This document shows positions 29,912-40,269 of a DNA stretch of 64,000 nucleotides, piece by piece. Positions within the stretch are counted from its first letter, which is position 1; each line of letters starts with the position of its first letter. Made by a program: the position numbers and the translations under genes. The DNA is taken from NCBI GenBank assembly GCA_964652195.1, contig CAZZBB010000050.1, positions 305-64,304 on the forward strand. The letters are read 5' to 3'. The notes below the pieces were generated by a model. It did no database searches. It saw only the letters and a list, made by a program, of their open reading frames with translations, and was not told the origin of the DNA. Source of the DNA: an uncultured bacterium (GTDB lineage: Bacteria > Poribacteria > WGA-4E > WGA-3G).

Positions 29912-30566
29912 TCTCAAAGTTTCCTTCAATACCAAGTGTCTCAATTTGTTCTGGTGTCATCAGTTCCATACTTACTTTTCCAGTTGATCCTTCAACAGAA
30001 ATTGATATAGCATTTCCATTTGTGTTTTGTAGATATAGAGTTGTTTCAGATGACTTTGAAGTCGGAGTAAAATATGCATAACCTGCACCGGTAGTTATAC
30101 GTTGGTAAGTTCCGTTGTGATTCGTCACAATTGATGCAAATGATACACTTTTTTGCAGAAGACGTGGCACACCCATTACACCGCCAGTACGCGATACAAG
30201 CATTTGATTACCTTGTCCTGGAATTGTAGTGGGTGCTGGAGTCGGTGTAGATGTTCTACCTGCTGATGATAATGGATTCTGTATATCTAATGTGTCGCTT
30301 GATGCCAACCAGAATCTATTACCCGTTATATCAAATACTACAAGATGGGTATTTCGTTCTGTGATTGCCATATCTCGTGCAAACGATAATGTATCAACGA
30401 TTGCATGAGCGGAGGTTTTCAAACGTCTGGAAGATGCAAATCCTTTCATAGCAGGCATTGTGATAGAAGATATAACTGCAATGATAGCGAAAACCAGCAG
30501 GATTTCCATCAAGCTGAAACCATCTTCATTAGAATCAGTTATTCGCCATCTGTTACTTATAACCAT
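29904..30566 (-). CDS. gspH: Minor pseudopilin GspH/FimT-like
   Basis: DG|FSLMEIL, LSFARDMAI. Confidence 0.75.
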   Translation of the reverse strand: MVISNRWRITDSNEDGFSLMEILLVFAIIAVISSITMPAMKGFASSRRLKTSAHAIVDTLSFARDMAITERNTHLVVFDITGNRFWLASSDTLDIQNPLSSAGRTSTPTPAPTTIPGQGNQMLVSRTGGVMGVPRLLQKSVSFASIVTNHNGTYQRITTGAGYAYFTPTSKSSETTLYLQNTNGNAISISVEGSTGKVSMELMTPEQIETLGIEGNFEND

Positions 30567-30592
30567 GTTTAGTTCCTAAGAAGTCGTTGGAA

Positions 30593-31048
30593 TTATTGAC
30601 CTTGTGTCGTCTCTTCTATCCAATTAGTTATATCCTTATCAAGGTCAGTACCACCAAGTTTACCATCCTTACCATATGACAGTAGGTCATAGTCGTATCC
30701 ATAATTGCTACCTGGATTTCGATAGACATACGGATTCCCCCATGGATCGTTTGTTAGTTGTTGATCAAGATACGGTCCAGCCCAACCCAACGGAGAAGGA
30801 TTTGGTGCACGCCATAATGCCTCTAAACCCTGTTCAGAGGAAGGATATTCTCCTACCTCACTCATATATAGTCCTAAGGCAGTTTTTAAATTACTAATTT
30901 CCATTTTTGCTTTCGTTACTCTAGCCTTTTGAGGGGCATTTACGATTCTTGGAGCAATGAATGCTGCTAAAATACCTAAAATTACAATAACAATAGTTAA
31001 TTCAATTAGTGTTAAACCTGATTCATCGTTTTTAAATTGTTTAATCAT
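30593..31048 (-). CDS. gspG: Major pseudopilin GspG
   Basis: G|LTLIEL, GEYPSSEQGLEAL, WAGPYL, DPWGNPYVY, LSYGKDGKLGG. Confidence 0.93.
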   Translation of the reverse strand: MIKQFKNDESGLTLIELTIVIVILGILAAFIAPRIVNAPQKARVTKAKMEISNLKTALGLYMSEVGEYPSSEQGLEALWRAPNPSPLGWAGPYLDQQLTNDPWGNPYVYRNPGSNYGYDYDLLSYGKDGKLGGTDLDKDITNWIEETTQGQ

Positions 31049-31165
31049 TTGTTTAACTCCTTATATTTTATATATCTGTATAGTCTGGTTTTATTTCCAT
31101 ATCCATGAACTTGTGCCTAATTAGACAAATAACCGTAGTGATAGTTTAGAAAAAATGACTTGAAA

Positions 31166-32392
31166 TTATGCTCCACCTAACGCCTGTTGCGCTTCGAATA
31201 TAGGTAGAATCATTGCAACTGCAATAAAACCTATGAGTAAACCCATGATAAGAATTACCAAAGGACTGATTGAACTTGTTAATCTTTCCAAATTCTTCCT
31301 GATTTCCATATCATAGTAATCTGAAAGTTTCTTTAACATTGTTACCGGTTCACCAGACTCTTCACCAACCGCAATCATGTGAGTTACAAGTGATGGAAAA
31401 TCTTTGCTTTTCTCCAGTTCTCTTGAAAGGGTAGAACCTTGTTCTACTTCTTGTTCAGCTTCAGAAATAATATGACTGTAAACTTTATTCCCAATTGTGT
31501 CCTTCACAACTTTTAAGGCTTGAAGCATACGAACACCATTTTCCAATAGAGTAGCCATTGTACGAGTAAATCGTACGATCGCGAATGTACTAAATACAGG
31601 ACCGATCAATGGAATTTTTATTTTTATACTGTCAAGTAGGAACTGACCATTTTCTGTTCGTAGATATTGTCTAAGAAAAGTTGCAATAATACTAATTCCA
31701 AGTAAACCAACCCACCAGAAACTGGCAAATCCATTTGAGACAGAAATCAATATTTGTGTTGGTAGTGGTAACTCGCCACCAAATTCTTCAAACATAGCTG
31801 TAAATTTTGGGATTACGAGAACCATTAATACAATTATCGCCGTAACCATCAATCCAAAGAGTATAGCTGGATAGAATAATGCTGAAATGACTTGATTTTT
31901 TAGTAAGCGCTGTCTTTCAGCAAATTCAGCAAGCCGTTCCAACACTTCACCTAACACACCACCTGTTTCTCCCGCTTTGACCATATTTACATATAGATCA
32001 GAAAAAATTTTGGGATGTTGTTGCAATGCTGCATTAAATGTTGCACCGTGTTCAACATCGTGTTTAACCTGTGAAATTATCCTATGTAATTCAGGATTTG
32101 CTATCTGCTCTAAAGTCACCTCTATTGCACGGGGAAGTGCTACATGTGCATTAATTAAAGCTGCCAACTGGTAAGTAAAAAACTCAACATCTGCTGATTT
32201 TACCTTACGTGTACCAATATTTAGTATCCGTTTAGCCTTTGTTTCAAGAAGTTCACCTTCTTCAACAATCTTTGTTGGCCAATATCCCATTTGGCGTAGT
32301 TGGGCAATTAGGTCTGCTTTCGTTTCAGCTTCTAATGTATTATTGACTGTTGTTCCTGTATAGGTTATGGCTTCATATTGAAATCTCGGCAT
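31166..32392 (-). CDS. gspF: T2SS inner-membrane platform protein GspF/PilC
   Basis: LYVNMVKAGETGG, YPAIL, LPLPT, MIAVGEESG. Confidence 0.92.
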   Translation of the reverse strand: MPRFQYEAITYTGTTVNNTLEAETKADLIAQLRQMGYWPTKIVEEGELLETKAKRILNIGTRKVKSADVEFFTYQLAALINAHVALPRAIEVTLEQIANPELHRIISQVKHDVEHGATFNAALQQHPKIFSDLYVNMVKAGETGGVLGEVLERLAEFAERQRLLKNQVISALFYPAILFGLMVTAIIVLMVLVIPKFTAMFEEFGGELPLPTQILISVSNGFASFWWVGLLGISIIATFLRQYLRTENGQFLLDSIKIKIPLIGPVFSTFAIVRFTRTMATLLENGVRMLQALKVVKDTIGNKVYSHIISEAEQEVEQGSTLSRELEKSKDFPSLVTHMIAVGEESGEPVTMLKKLSDYYDMEIRKNLERLTSSISPLVILIMGLLIGFIAVAMILPIFEAQQALGGA

Positions 32393-32539
32393 GGTTACCT
32401 CTATAAAAGCGTTTTACTCGATGTAATAATAATTCATATTAGGGTAGCTTGGATATTTGATGTGTGGTGTCTTTACATATTCGACTATATGTAAAAAAAG
32501 AAAAGAAATTATACAATATTTAATAACCACAACGTTAAC

Positions 32540-34408
32540 TTATTCAGTGATGCCTTCGTCAAAATCATATGCATCTTCCTGAGTGAGTCTGAGAATTTCA
32601 TCAACGGTAGTTAAACCTGCAGTCACTTTTTGCCATCCATCTTCTCGAAGACTTTTCATCCCTAATCTTACTGCAAGTTTGCGCAATTCACTTGATGAAG
32701 CGTGTTGAAGTGCCATTGACTGCAGTTCTTCTGACATGAAGATAACTTCAAAGATACCGATTCTACCTCTATAACCTCTGCCTCGACACTCTTTACATCC
32801 CCCAACTTTTGAACGGGGAATTTCAATATTAGTGTCCACATGTACACTGTTATTAGGGAATATACCTGCAATTTCTTCTTCAGTTGGCGAATACATTTCA
32901 CAACATACATTACAAACCCTACGAGCTAAACGTTGGGCAATTATTCCTTCAACAGTGGATGCCACCAAATATGGTTCAACTTTCATGTCTATTAGACGCG
33001 TGATAGCACTTGGAGCATCATTCGTGTGAAGTGTGCTAAACACAAGGTGTCCTGTTAAAGCAGTATGAATTGCCATTTCAGCTGTTTCATAGTCACGTAT
33101 TTCACCGACAAGCACTTTATCTGGGTCTTGTCTGAGAATATGTCGTAATCCATCTGCAAAGGTAAATTCAATATCAGGATTCACCTGAATTTGATTAATT
33201 CCTTCTAATTCATATTCAACGGGATCTTCAAGTGTGATGATCTTAACATGTGGGGTATTAATTTCCTTAAGGCAGGCATAAAGAGTTGTGGTTTTTCCAC
33301 TACCTGTAGGCCCTGTAGCAAGGATAATACCATGAGGTTTGTGGATCATGCGTTGGAAAAGTTCATAATTGGTATCTGTTAATCCAAGTTCAGTTAAACC
33401 GAATTCAATTGATTGTCTATCAAGAATTCGGAGAACTACACTCTCACTATGTTGGGTTGCAACAGTTGGAACTGTAGATACACGTAGGTCGATCTGGCGG
33501 TTATTGACACTACTAATTTCTCTATTTATCTTACCATCTTGTGGTCGACGTCGTTCAGCGACATCCATACCAGCCATAATTTTAATACGTGAAGTAATAG
33601 CAGATTGTAGATATGCCGGGGGTTGTGGTTGATCTTCTAACACCCCATCAACGCGAAATCGTATTTTTAACTCTTCTGGATACGGTTCAATATGAATATC
33701 ACTGGCACCAGCACGTACAGCATCAATTATCATTTGGTCGACAGCCTGAATAACAGTGGGATCTTGGCTAAGGTCTTTTTCGTCAATACCAAAATCTTCT
33801 ATTCTCTCACGTTCAACAGTAGCTGCTGCACCGACTGGACCTTTTATTCCAGCACTCAGCAGAGATGCAGCTGTCTGTCCATATAATCTAACAATCGACT
33901 CAGAGATCTCTTCTTCGTCTGCCAGAAGAAGGTTAATCTCACATTCTGTAACAAACTGTATCTCATCCATCAGAGTTATATCTTGAACATCTGCGACAGC
34001 TACAGTTAAGACGTTGTCTTCTAAATTTACAGGAACAATTGTATTTCGATATGCAAAACTGGGTGGTACTTTATCAAGTGCTTCTTGTTCTGGATTTACT
34101 TCTTCTAATTGAATTATAGGTGTGCCATATTCACGGCCCTTTTTAGCAAGTTCAAGTGTTCTTGAAGATACATACTCTGATATAATAACTTCCTCAGATT
34201 CACCTGCTTTCTCTATTTCATCAAGTATTTGTCTATACTCTTGTGATCCTGATTCACCGGATTCATCCATATTCTCTGGGTTATCAATTGGTTTTCTTAC
34301 CCAACCTTCAAGTACTCTTCCATGTATCTCTTGATATTGATCATCAGAAATTAAATCTGCTTCTCGTAAGACATCAACAAGGGATTTTTTCATTGAGGCA
34401 TTGTACAT
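32540..34408 (-). CDS. gspE: T2SS assembly ATPase GspE/PilB
   Basis: ASDIHIEP, ERRRPQDG, GPTGSGKTT, EDPVE, LRQDPD, TGHLVFSTLHTND, CxxC...CxxC zinc site. Confidence 0.93.
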   Translation of the reverse strand: MYNASMKKSLVDVLREADLISDDQYQEIHGRVLEGWVRKPIDNPENMDESGESGSQEYRQILDEIEKAGESEEVIISEYVSSRTLELAKKGREYGTPIIQLEEVNPEQEALDKVPPSFAYRNTIVPVNLEDNVLTVAVADVQDITLMDEIQFVTECEINLLLADEEEISESIVRLYGQTAASLLSAGIKGPVGAAATVERERIEDFGIDEKDLSQDPTVIQAVDQMIIDAVRAGASDIHIEPYPEELKIRFRVDGVLEDQPQPPAYLQSAITSRIKIMAGMDVAERRRPQDGKINREISSVNNRQIDLRVSTVPTVATQHSESVVLRILDRQSIEFGLTELGLTDTNYELFQRMIHKPHGIILATGPTGSGKTTTLYACLKEINTPHVKIITLEDPVEYELEGINQIQVNPDIEFTFADGLRHILRQDPDKVLVGEIRDYETAEMAIHTALTGHLVFSTLHTNDAPSAITRLIDMKVEPYLVASTVEGIIAQRLARRVCNVCCEMYSPTEEEIAGIFPNNSVHVDTNIEIPRSKVGGCKECRGRGYRGRIGIFEVIFMSEELQSMALQHASSSELRKLAVRLGMKSLREDGWQKVTAGLTTVDEILRLTQEDAYDFDEGITE

Positions 34409-34782
34409 AGTATATTAACTTCCTTATTTTCGTAACTGAATATATGACGCAAAATATTAAATTCCGTTTAGAAGATATAATTGAATGTATTGTTTGGAAA
34501 TACCATATCTATGCAATTATACAATTAATGTTATGTGATATTCCAAGATATTTATATTTGGGTGAATACCTCACTTGTTGTGACACAAAACTATTGTTTA
34601 TCAAATCTAATACGTATGCGTACATTAAGACGGAATTTTCCAAACCTTCTAATTTGTTCAATGTAATTAGACACATAATTACTGAATTAGTTCGTATTCT
34701 TGTCAGAGTTATGAAAATATATAGATTTATACATATTTTTAAGTAATTACACGAATTTACAAGTTTTTTTAAACAATTTGCT

Positions 34783-34811
34783 TGACAAAACGTTATAGTA
34801 TAATGTAGTAT
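34783..34811 (+). promoter_or_regulatory. Putative sigma70 promoter of the sigma factor gene
   Basis: TTGACA, 17 bp spacer, TAGTAT. Confidence 0.5.
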
Positions 34812-34860
34812 ATATCTTCGGCAGATTTTTATGATTATCAAATATAAGGAGAGGAGAAGA

Positions 34861-35832
34861 ATGGAAACCGAGTTTTTCGGTGACACAGAAGAAATCGAAG
34901 GCGTAGATTCATATATTGATGAGACGACATATCCTTCGGAGGAAACAGAATATTCAAACGACTATAAGAGTAGTGATAGAAGTGCTTTAACGAGTTGGTT
35001 ACGGAGTGTTGCAGGACATCGCTTATTGACTCGAGAAGAAGAAGTAGAATTAGCAAAACGAATTGAAGCAGGTGATACGAGTGCAAGGGACGAGTTAGTT
35101 CAAGCTAATTTACGGCTCGTAATTTCTATTGCAGTGAGATATCAAGGTAACAAGGTCCCTCTTGAAGACCTTATTCAGGAAGGAAACATCGGCTTAATTA
35201 AAGCCGCGGGTAAATTCGATTATAGGAAAGGGTTCAAATTTAGTACTTATGCAATTTGGTGGATCAAGCAATCCATTATGCGAACACTTGATAACTTTGC
35301 TCGTTCTATTCGGTTACCTGCATATATTGTCGCAAAAATGAACAAGTTTGATGCAACTTACGCATCGCTTTGCCAAGAATTACAAAGAGAACCGTCACGT
35401 GCAGAAATCGCTGAAGCACTTGACCTGACTGTACAACAGGTAGAAGAAATTCTTACCTTTAATGCTGATACCATTTCAATGGATTTACCTCTTGGAGAAG
35501 AACGTTCTTCACGTTCAGCAGCAACATTAGGAGATTTAATTGAAGATCCAGCGACTGCTGCTGAAGATGGACCAATTTCACAACTGATTAAAAATGATTT
35601 GGTGGAACAATTCCTTAGTAAACTTCCTGAACGGGAACAACAGGTATTGAAAATGCGGTTTGGACTTGATGATGGTGAACGAAAAACACTCCGAGAAATT
35701 GGAGATGCTCTTGACGTTACAAGAGAACGTATCAGACAGTTAGAAATATATGCAATTTCTCAACTCAACACACTTTATAATGAAATGGGTGAATTTCGTA
35801 CAGAATATAAGGTTGGGAAAACTGCAGCTTAA
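34861..35832 (+). CDS. RpoD/RpoS-like sigma-70 factor without a full region 1.1 (group 2-like)
   Basis: LLTREEEVELAKRI, ANLRLV, DLIQEGNIGL, KFSTYAIWWI, VTRERIRQLE. RBS GAGGAG before ATG 34861. Confidence 0.9.
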   Translation: METEFFGDTEEIEGVDSYIDETTYPSEETEYSNDYKSSDRSALTSWLRSVAGHRLLTREEEVELAKRIEAGDTSARDELVQANLRLVISIAVRYQGNKVPLEDLIQEGNIGLIKAAGKFDYRKGFKFSTYAIWWIKQSIMRTLDNFARSIRLPAYIVAKMNKFDATYASLCQELQREPSRAEIAEALDLTVQQVEEILTFNADTISMDLPLGEERSSRSAATLGDLIEDPATAAEDGPISQLIKNDLVEQFLSKLPEREQQVLKMRFGLDDGERKTLREIGDALDVTRERIRQLEIYAISQLNTLYNEMGEFRTEYKVGKTAA

Positions 35833-35853
35833 GTTGAATGTGAAGAGGTACAT

Positions 35854-36468
35854 ATGAAGAATCTACTAAGAAAAATTGCGGGAAGTGATGAGTCCTTATT
35901 GGAGATTACACCGACTGCCGAAGAAAAGATTCAATCCGTAATTGAGGCAGAAGACGTTGAAGTAGAAGGACTTCGAATTTCTATTGAAGGTCGAAATGCA
36001 ACATCTTTCCAATATAGTCTTGGGTTAGCTACTGAAGCTGAAGATGGTGACATCGTAATTGAGAAAGATTCCTTTAAAGTTCTCGTTGATTCAAAAAGTG
36101 CCTCTGATCTCAAAGGTGCCGTAATTGATTACGTCGAAGATCTTAACTCAAGTGGTTTTAAAATTGATAACCCGAATACGCCAACTTGGGATAATCCAAA
36201 AGCACAAAAGATTCAAGAGTTAATCGACGAACGTATTAATCCAGCAGTAGCAGCCCACGGTGGACAGATAGAGTTACTAAATGTTGAAGAGGATGCTATA
36301 TATATCCATATGGGGGGTGGTTGTCAGGGATGTGGAATGGCAAATGTTACCCTCAAGCACGGAATTGAGGCTATGATACAAGAAGTATTCCCAGAGATCA
36401 AACAAGTAATTGATACTACCGACCATGCTGCTGGAGATAATCCTTACTACTCACAAGGAAAAGGATAA
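35854..36468 (+). CDS. nfuA: Fe-S biogenesis protein NfuA
   Basis: Cys-less HesB/ATC-like N-domain plus NifU domain (INPAVAAHGG, GGGCQGC). Confidence 0.88.
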   Translation: MKNLLRKIAGSDESLLEITPTAEEKIQSVIEAEDVEVEGLRISIEGRNATSFQYSLGLATEAEDGDIVIEKDSFKVLVDSKSASDLKGAVIDYVEDLNSSGFKIDNPNTPTWDNPKAQKIQELIDERINPAVAAHGGQIELLNVEEDAIYIHMGGGCQGCGMANVTLKHGIEAMIQEVFPEIKQVIDTTDHAAGDNPYYSQGKG

Positions 36469-36569
36469 GGATAGTTTATGTAGTAATTGCTAATCTTTTG
36501 GTACGATTAACTGGAAAATAGAAAATTGGTTCATAAATTGAATTGCAAGTTGACTGGAACAAATAGATT

Positions 36570-37553
36570 TCAGTCAACTTTTTCTATTTCTACTCCTTTG
36601 TTATTCGCATTTGTTATAAAACATGTTCCTCCATTAGGTAAGTTGGACAAGAAATTCTCTGCATTATGTTTTAACTTATCAATATCATCGCTGATTGCAC
36701 AGATGGCAGGTCCCCAACTGCTCACACCTGCTCCTAAGGCACCATTGCATTGTAGAAATTCTAAGGTCTGTTGTAATTCTATTCCTTGTGCATCTATTTC
36801 TACTTTCTTCCATCCGAAATTCTGAATACTATTCAATGCGTCACCAAAACTCACAATATCATCCTCTAAAACTGCAGGCAATATTTTGAGAAGTAGTAAA
36901 TGTGATAATTTCGGTGCTACTGATTCAGGTTGCGGACAGAGAGTTCGGAACAATTCTAATTCTGCTTCACCATATATTTTTGTACAATTTGGGATTACAA
37001 TGAGGAGCGGCCAGGAAGGAAAAGTATATCGTGCTAAAATTGGAGGTGGTGCTATATCTCCTACTGCTGCGGATGGGAGAAATGATGCTTTCTGTTCTGG
37101 ATATTGGTGTCCACCATCTAAAATGAATCCACCAGTTTCAAAGGCAGCAACACCAATCCCTGATGTGCCTCCCCGTCCAACCGCATTTGCAAGCTCCAAC
37201 AGACTTAAATCAAGTTTGTATAAGTTATTTACTGCAGCAGCAATTGCCAGAGAAAGCTGTGTGCCTGAACCAAACCCGCTATGGTTTGGAATCTCATTGA
37301 CTATTCTTAGCTTAATGCCGGGAAAGGTGTATAAGTTTTGTAGTCTTGTAACGATTTCAGTGGCACGTTTTTGGTAGGTATGTGATTCAACAAATATATC
37401 TGATGACGATTCAGCAATTATCTGAAAATAGGGTTTGTTAATTGCTAATCCGAATCCACCATCAATTCGACCCAGTTTTCCATTAAGATCTATTAATGAA
37501 AAATGAAGACGTGAGGGAGTGGTAATTTGGATTCGGTTAGTTTCGTCTTTCAT
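36570..37553 (-). CDS. mptG: Beta-ribofuranosylaminobenzene 5'-phosphate synthase (GHMP kinase fold)
   Basis: [49 protein letters not shown]. Confidence 0.82.
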   Translation of the reverse strand: MKDETNRIQITTPSRLHFSLIDLNGKLGRIDGGFGLAINKPYFQIIAESSSDIFVESHTYQKRATEIVTRLQNLYTFPGIKLRIVNEIPNHSGFGSGTQLSLAIAAAVNNLYKLDLSLLELANAVGRGGTSGIGVAAFETGGFILDGGHQYPEQKASFLPSAAVGDIAPPPILARYTFPSWPLLIVIPNCTKIYGEAELELFRTLCPQPESVAPKLSHLLLLKILPAVLEDDIVSFGDALNSIQNFGWKKVEIDAQGIELQQTLEFLQCNGALGAGVSSWGPAICAISDDIDKLKHNAENFLSNLPNGGTCFITNANNKGVEIEKVD

Positions 37554-38217
37554 CTTGCTCAATGAGACCATCTCTTATATGGAGCACACGTTCTGCATGC
37601 TCAGCAACTTCAGGTTCATGTGTTACCATAATTATGGTATTACCTTCCTCATTGAGTCGGTCAAAAATAGCAAGGATTTCTTTACCGGATCGCGTATCAA
37701 GGTTTCCAGTTGGTTCGTCAGCAAATATCATTGATGGTCTATTGACTAAGGCACGAGCTATTGCAACACGTTGAACCTGTCCCCCAGAGAGCTCGGTAGA
37801 TTTATGGTCAACACGGTCTGCTAAACCGACTGCTTCTAATGCCTCAAATGCTCTTCTTTTTCTTTCTTTTCTTCCTAATCCAGAATAGATCAATGGTAAT
37901 TCTACATTGTGTAACGCACTGGTGCGTGGAAGTAGGTTAAAAGATTGGAACACAAAACCGATTTTCTTATTTCGTATATCCGCAAGCCGGTTGTCAGACA
38001 ATTTTCCTACCTCTTCCCCTTCTAAAAGATATTCACCAGAAGATGGGGTTGCAAGACAACCTAAAATATCCATCATAGTTGACTTCCCAGAACCAGATGG
38101 TCCCATTATAGCAATGAACTCTCCAGAGTCAACAGTAAAGGTTACGCCTCTCAGTGCGTGAACTTGGACATCACCCATCTCATAGACTTTAGTTAGATCG
38201 GTTACATCTATTAACAT
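37537..38217 (-). CDS. MacB/LolD-type ABC ATP-binding protein
   Basis: [37 protein letters not shown]. Confidence 0.93.
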   Translation of the reverse strand: MLIDVTDLTKVYEMGDVQVHALRGVTFTVDSGEFIAIMGPSGSGKSTMMDILGCLATPSSGEYLLEGEEVGKLSDNRLADIRNKKIGFVFQSFNLLPRTSALHNVELPLIYSGLGRKERKRRAFEALEAVGLADRVDHKSTELSGGQVQRVAIARALVNRPSMIFADEPTGNLDTRSGKEILAIFDRLNEEGNTIIMVTHEPEVAEHAERVLHIRDGLIEQDERRN

Positions 38218-38308
38218 ATCCCAGTTTTCCTCTTATCTAATCATCATTTTTAAAGTATAAATTTCCAAACTAATGATGGAGTGAAAATCACAATCATATT
38301 AGCAATGA

Positions 38309-40267
38309 TTACTTATCACTCTTTTCACCTTTTGTTAACTCCATCATTGAAGGAACAAATACACGATCACCTTCTTTTAATCCACCAATAATTTCAAAGT
38401 GGGTCTTGTTTCTCCTACCGACTTTTATGTGGGTTTTTACACCTTTTTCCTTATCACCTTTTTTGGGTGGTTCACCAGCATCAAGTTTTACAAAATGCTG
38501 CCGTTCACTCTTGATATCAGCCTGAATGCCAGATAATCGATTATTCTCAGAAATAACAAGTATAATTTCCGTTGGACCCGTACGGAGCCCTCTTGGTGGT
38601 TCGTCAAGTAATACCTCAAGATTACCACGTGATTCTGTTGGGGATATCTTACCAACTTGTCCTGCAAACTGTTTACCAATCAGATCTTGTACCTTAAGTT
38701 TTTGTCCTTGTTTAAACTGTGTAAGTTGGTCTGGTTTTAGTGTTGCCTTAACTGTAACTACCTCAGGACTTAAGACAGCAGAGATAGGAATCTGTAGAAT
38801 GTCAGACTTTTCAAAAACAATAATATCTACATCCGCAGACATACCAGGGAAAAGTTTAAATTCATCTTCAGGAATTTCTACGGATATTTCTACCTCAAAA
38901 GTAATTACTGATCCACCACTATTTGGACCGCGGGGAGTAGAACTTGGTGAGATTTCACTGACTGCACCTTGGAATACTTTATTCCGGTAACTATCAACCC
39001 GAATTTCCACTCGTTGTCCAGGTTTAATTTTCCCTATTTCAACCTGGTTAATTTGGGTTCTAACAATCATTTGGGTTAAATCGGCAATCTTCATTATTGC
39101 TTCCCCACGAGAAAACGATGATCTGCCAGAAGTGATAATTTCCCCTTCTTCAACGGAGATACGAGTAATTGTTCCTGCCATAGGAGCTCGAACAGTCGTC
39201 CATTCGTACCTCTCCTCTTGAGATTTAAGCCTACTTTCAGCTTGTAGCAGGTTTGCTTGCGCACTTACTTTAGAATGTTTTGTTAGTGCCTTCTCCTCTT
39301 CAGTTGTTTCTACAGTCTGTTGTAATCGTGTTCGAGCATTATCTAAATCTGCTTTAAGTTGTTTTTCTTGGGCATCATGTGATTCCTTAACAGTATCAAC
39401 ATTCTTTTTATTTAGAGTAAGTGTAGCTTCTCGGCTTTGAATAGCTTCCTGCATTGCTTTTATACTCTCTTCTTGAGATTTTATCGTCTCAATTTGAGAA
39501 TCAACTTCTTTTTGAGCTGTTTCAAAATTAGATTTAGTTAAGACAAGTTGTCTCTGGGATTCCTCTAAAGCTTGTTGTGATATTAATTTTTTGTCAAAAA
39601 GTTTTTCATTGCGTTTATGTTCAGACTCTGTTGTTTCAAGTGTGATTTTTGCGGATTCAACATTCGCCTTCCGTCTATCAAGTGTTAAATTCGCTTGTGT
39701 TAATGAGATTTCACCCTGTTTGAGTGTTATTTTATCTCGGTTTAATAAGTTCTGTGTTGTTGCGACAAGTGTTTCAGCTTCTGTTATGCGTTGTTGTTTA
39801 TTGACTGCAAAAGATTGAAGGTTAGCTTCAGCTTTTGATACGGCATTTTTCGCTTGAAGTAGATCACTTTCCTCACGTTTTTCCGCAATTTGGATCCGTA
39901 GATCAGCCTGTTCAAGTTCTGCTTTTCGTGCATCTCTGTAGGCTTCGGCTTGTTTTTTCTCTTCTAATATCTGTTCCTCATCAATTCTGAGCAAAGGATC
40001 GTCCACATTTACAACCTCGCTTTCCTCAACGAAAATATCAACGATCTCTCCTTCAACATTAGATCTAACATCAACTTCCAACAGAGAACGCAAGTTCCCT
40101 GTTTCCTGTATTTTTACAAGGAATTCACCTCGACGAACAACCTCACGTTTTTCTTCCTCTTCATTATTCTTTTTGTTAAAGTTGAAACGGGTTACTCCAA
40201 CCACTCCTACAACAATGACTACTAAAGCAATAGATGTAATGATTATCCTTTTTTTGCTGAATTTCAT
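38309..40267 (-). CDS. MacA/HlyD-type periplasmic adaptor with very long coiled coil
   Basis: N-terminal TM. Lipoyl half-motifs VEGEIVDIFV and VRAPMAGTI are separated by ~270 aa of heptad-rich sequence. PGMSADV. Confidence 0.85.
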   Translation of the reverse strand: MKFSKKRIIITSIALVVIVVGVVGVTRFNFNKKNNEEEEKREVVRRGEFLVKIQETGNLRSLLEVDVRSNVEGEIVDIFVEESEVVNVDDPLLRIDEEQILEEKKQAEAYRDARKAELEQADLRIQIAEKREESDLLQAKNAVSKAEANLQSFAVNKQQRITEAETLVATTQNLLNRDKITLKQGEISLTQANLTLDRRKANVESAKITLETTESEHKRNEKLFDKKLISQQALEESQRQLVLTKSNFETAQKEVDSQIETIKSQEESIKAMQEAIQSREATLTLNKKNVDTVKESHDAQEKQLKADLDNARTRLQQTVETTEEEKALTKHSKVSAQANLLQAESRLKSQEERYEWTTVRAPMAGTITRISVEEGEIITSGRSSFSRGEAIMKIADLTQMIVRTQINQVEIGKIKPGQRVEIRVDSYRNKVFQGAVSEISPSSTPRGPNSGGSVITFEVEISVEIPEDEFKLFPGMSADVDIIVFEKSDILQIPISAVLSPEVVTVKATLKPDQLTQFKQGQKLKVQDLIGKQFAGQVGKISPTESRGNLEVLLDEPPRGLRTGPTEIILVISENNRLSGIQADIKSERQHFVKLDAGEPPKKGDKEKGVKTHIKVGRRNKTHFEIIGGLKEGDRVFVPSMMELTKGEKSDK

Positions 40268-40269
40268 TG

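Noticed and set aside
34444-34886. ORFs of 100 and 125 aa in the gspE-sigma intergenic region
   Set aside because: AT-rich, no RBS or motifs, and they overlap promoter DNA.
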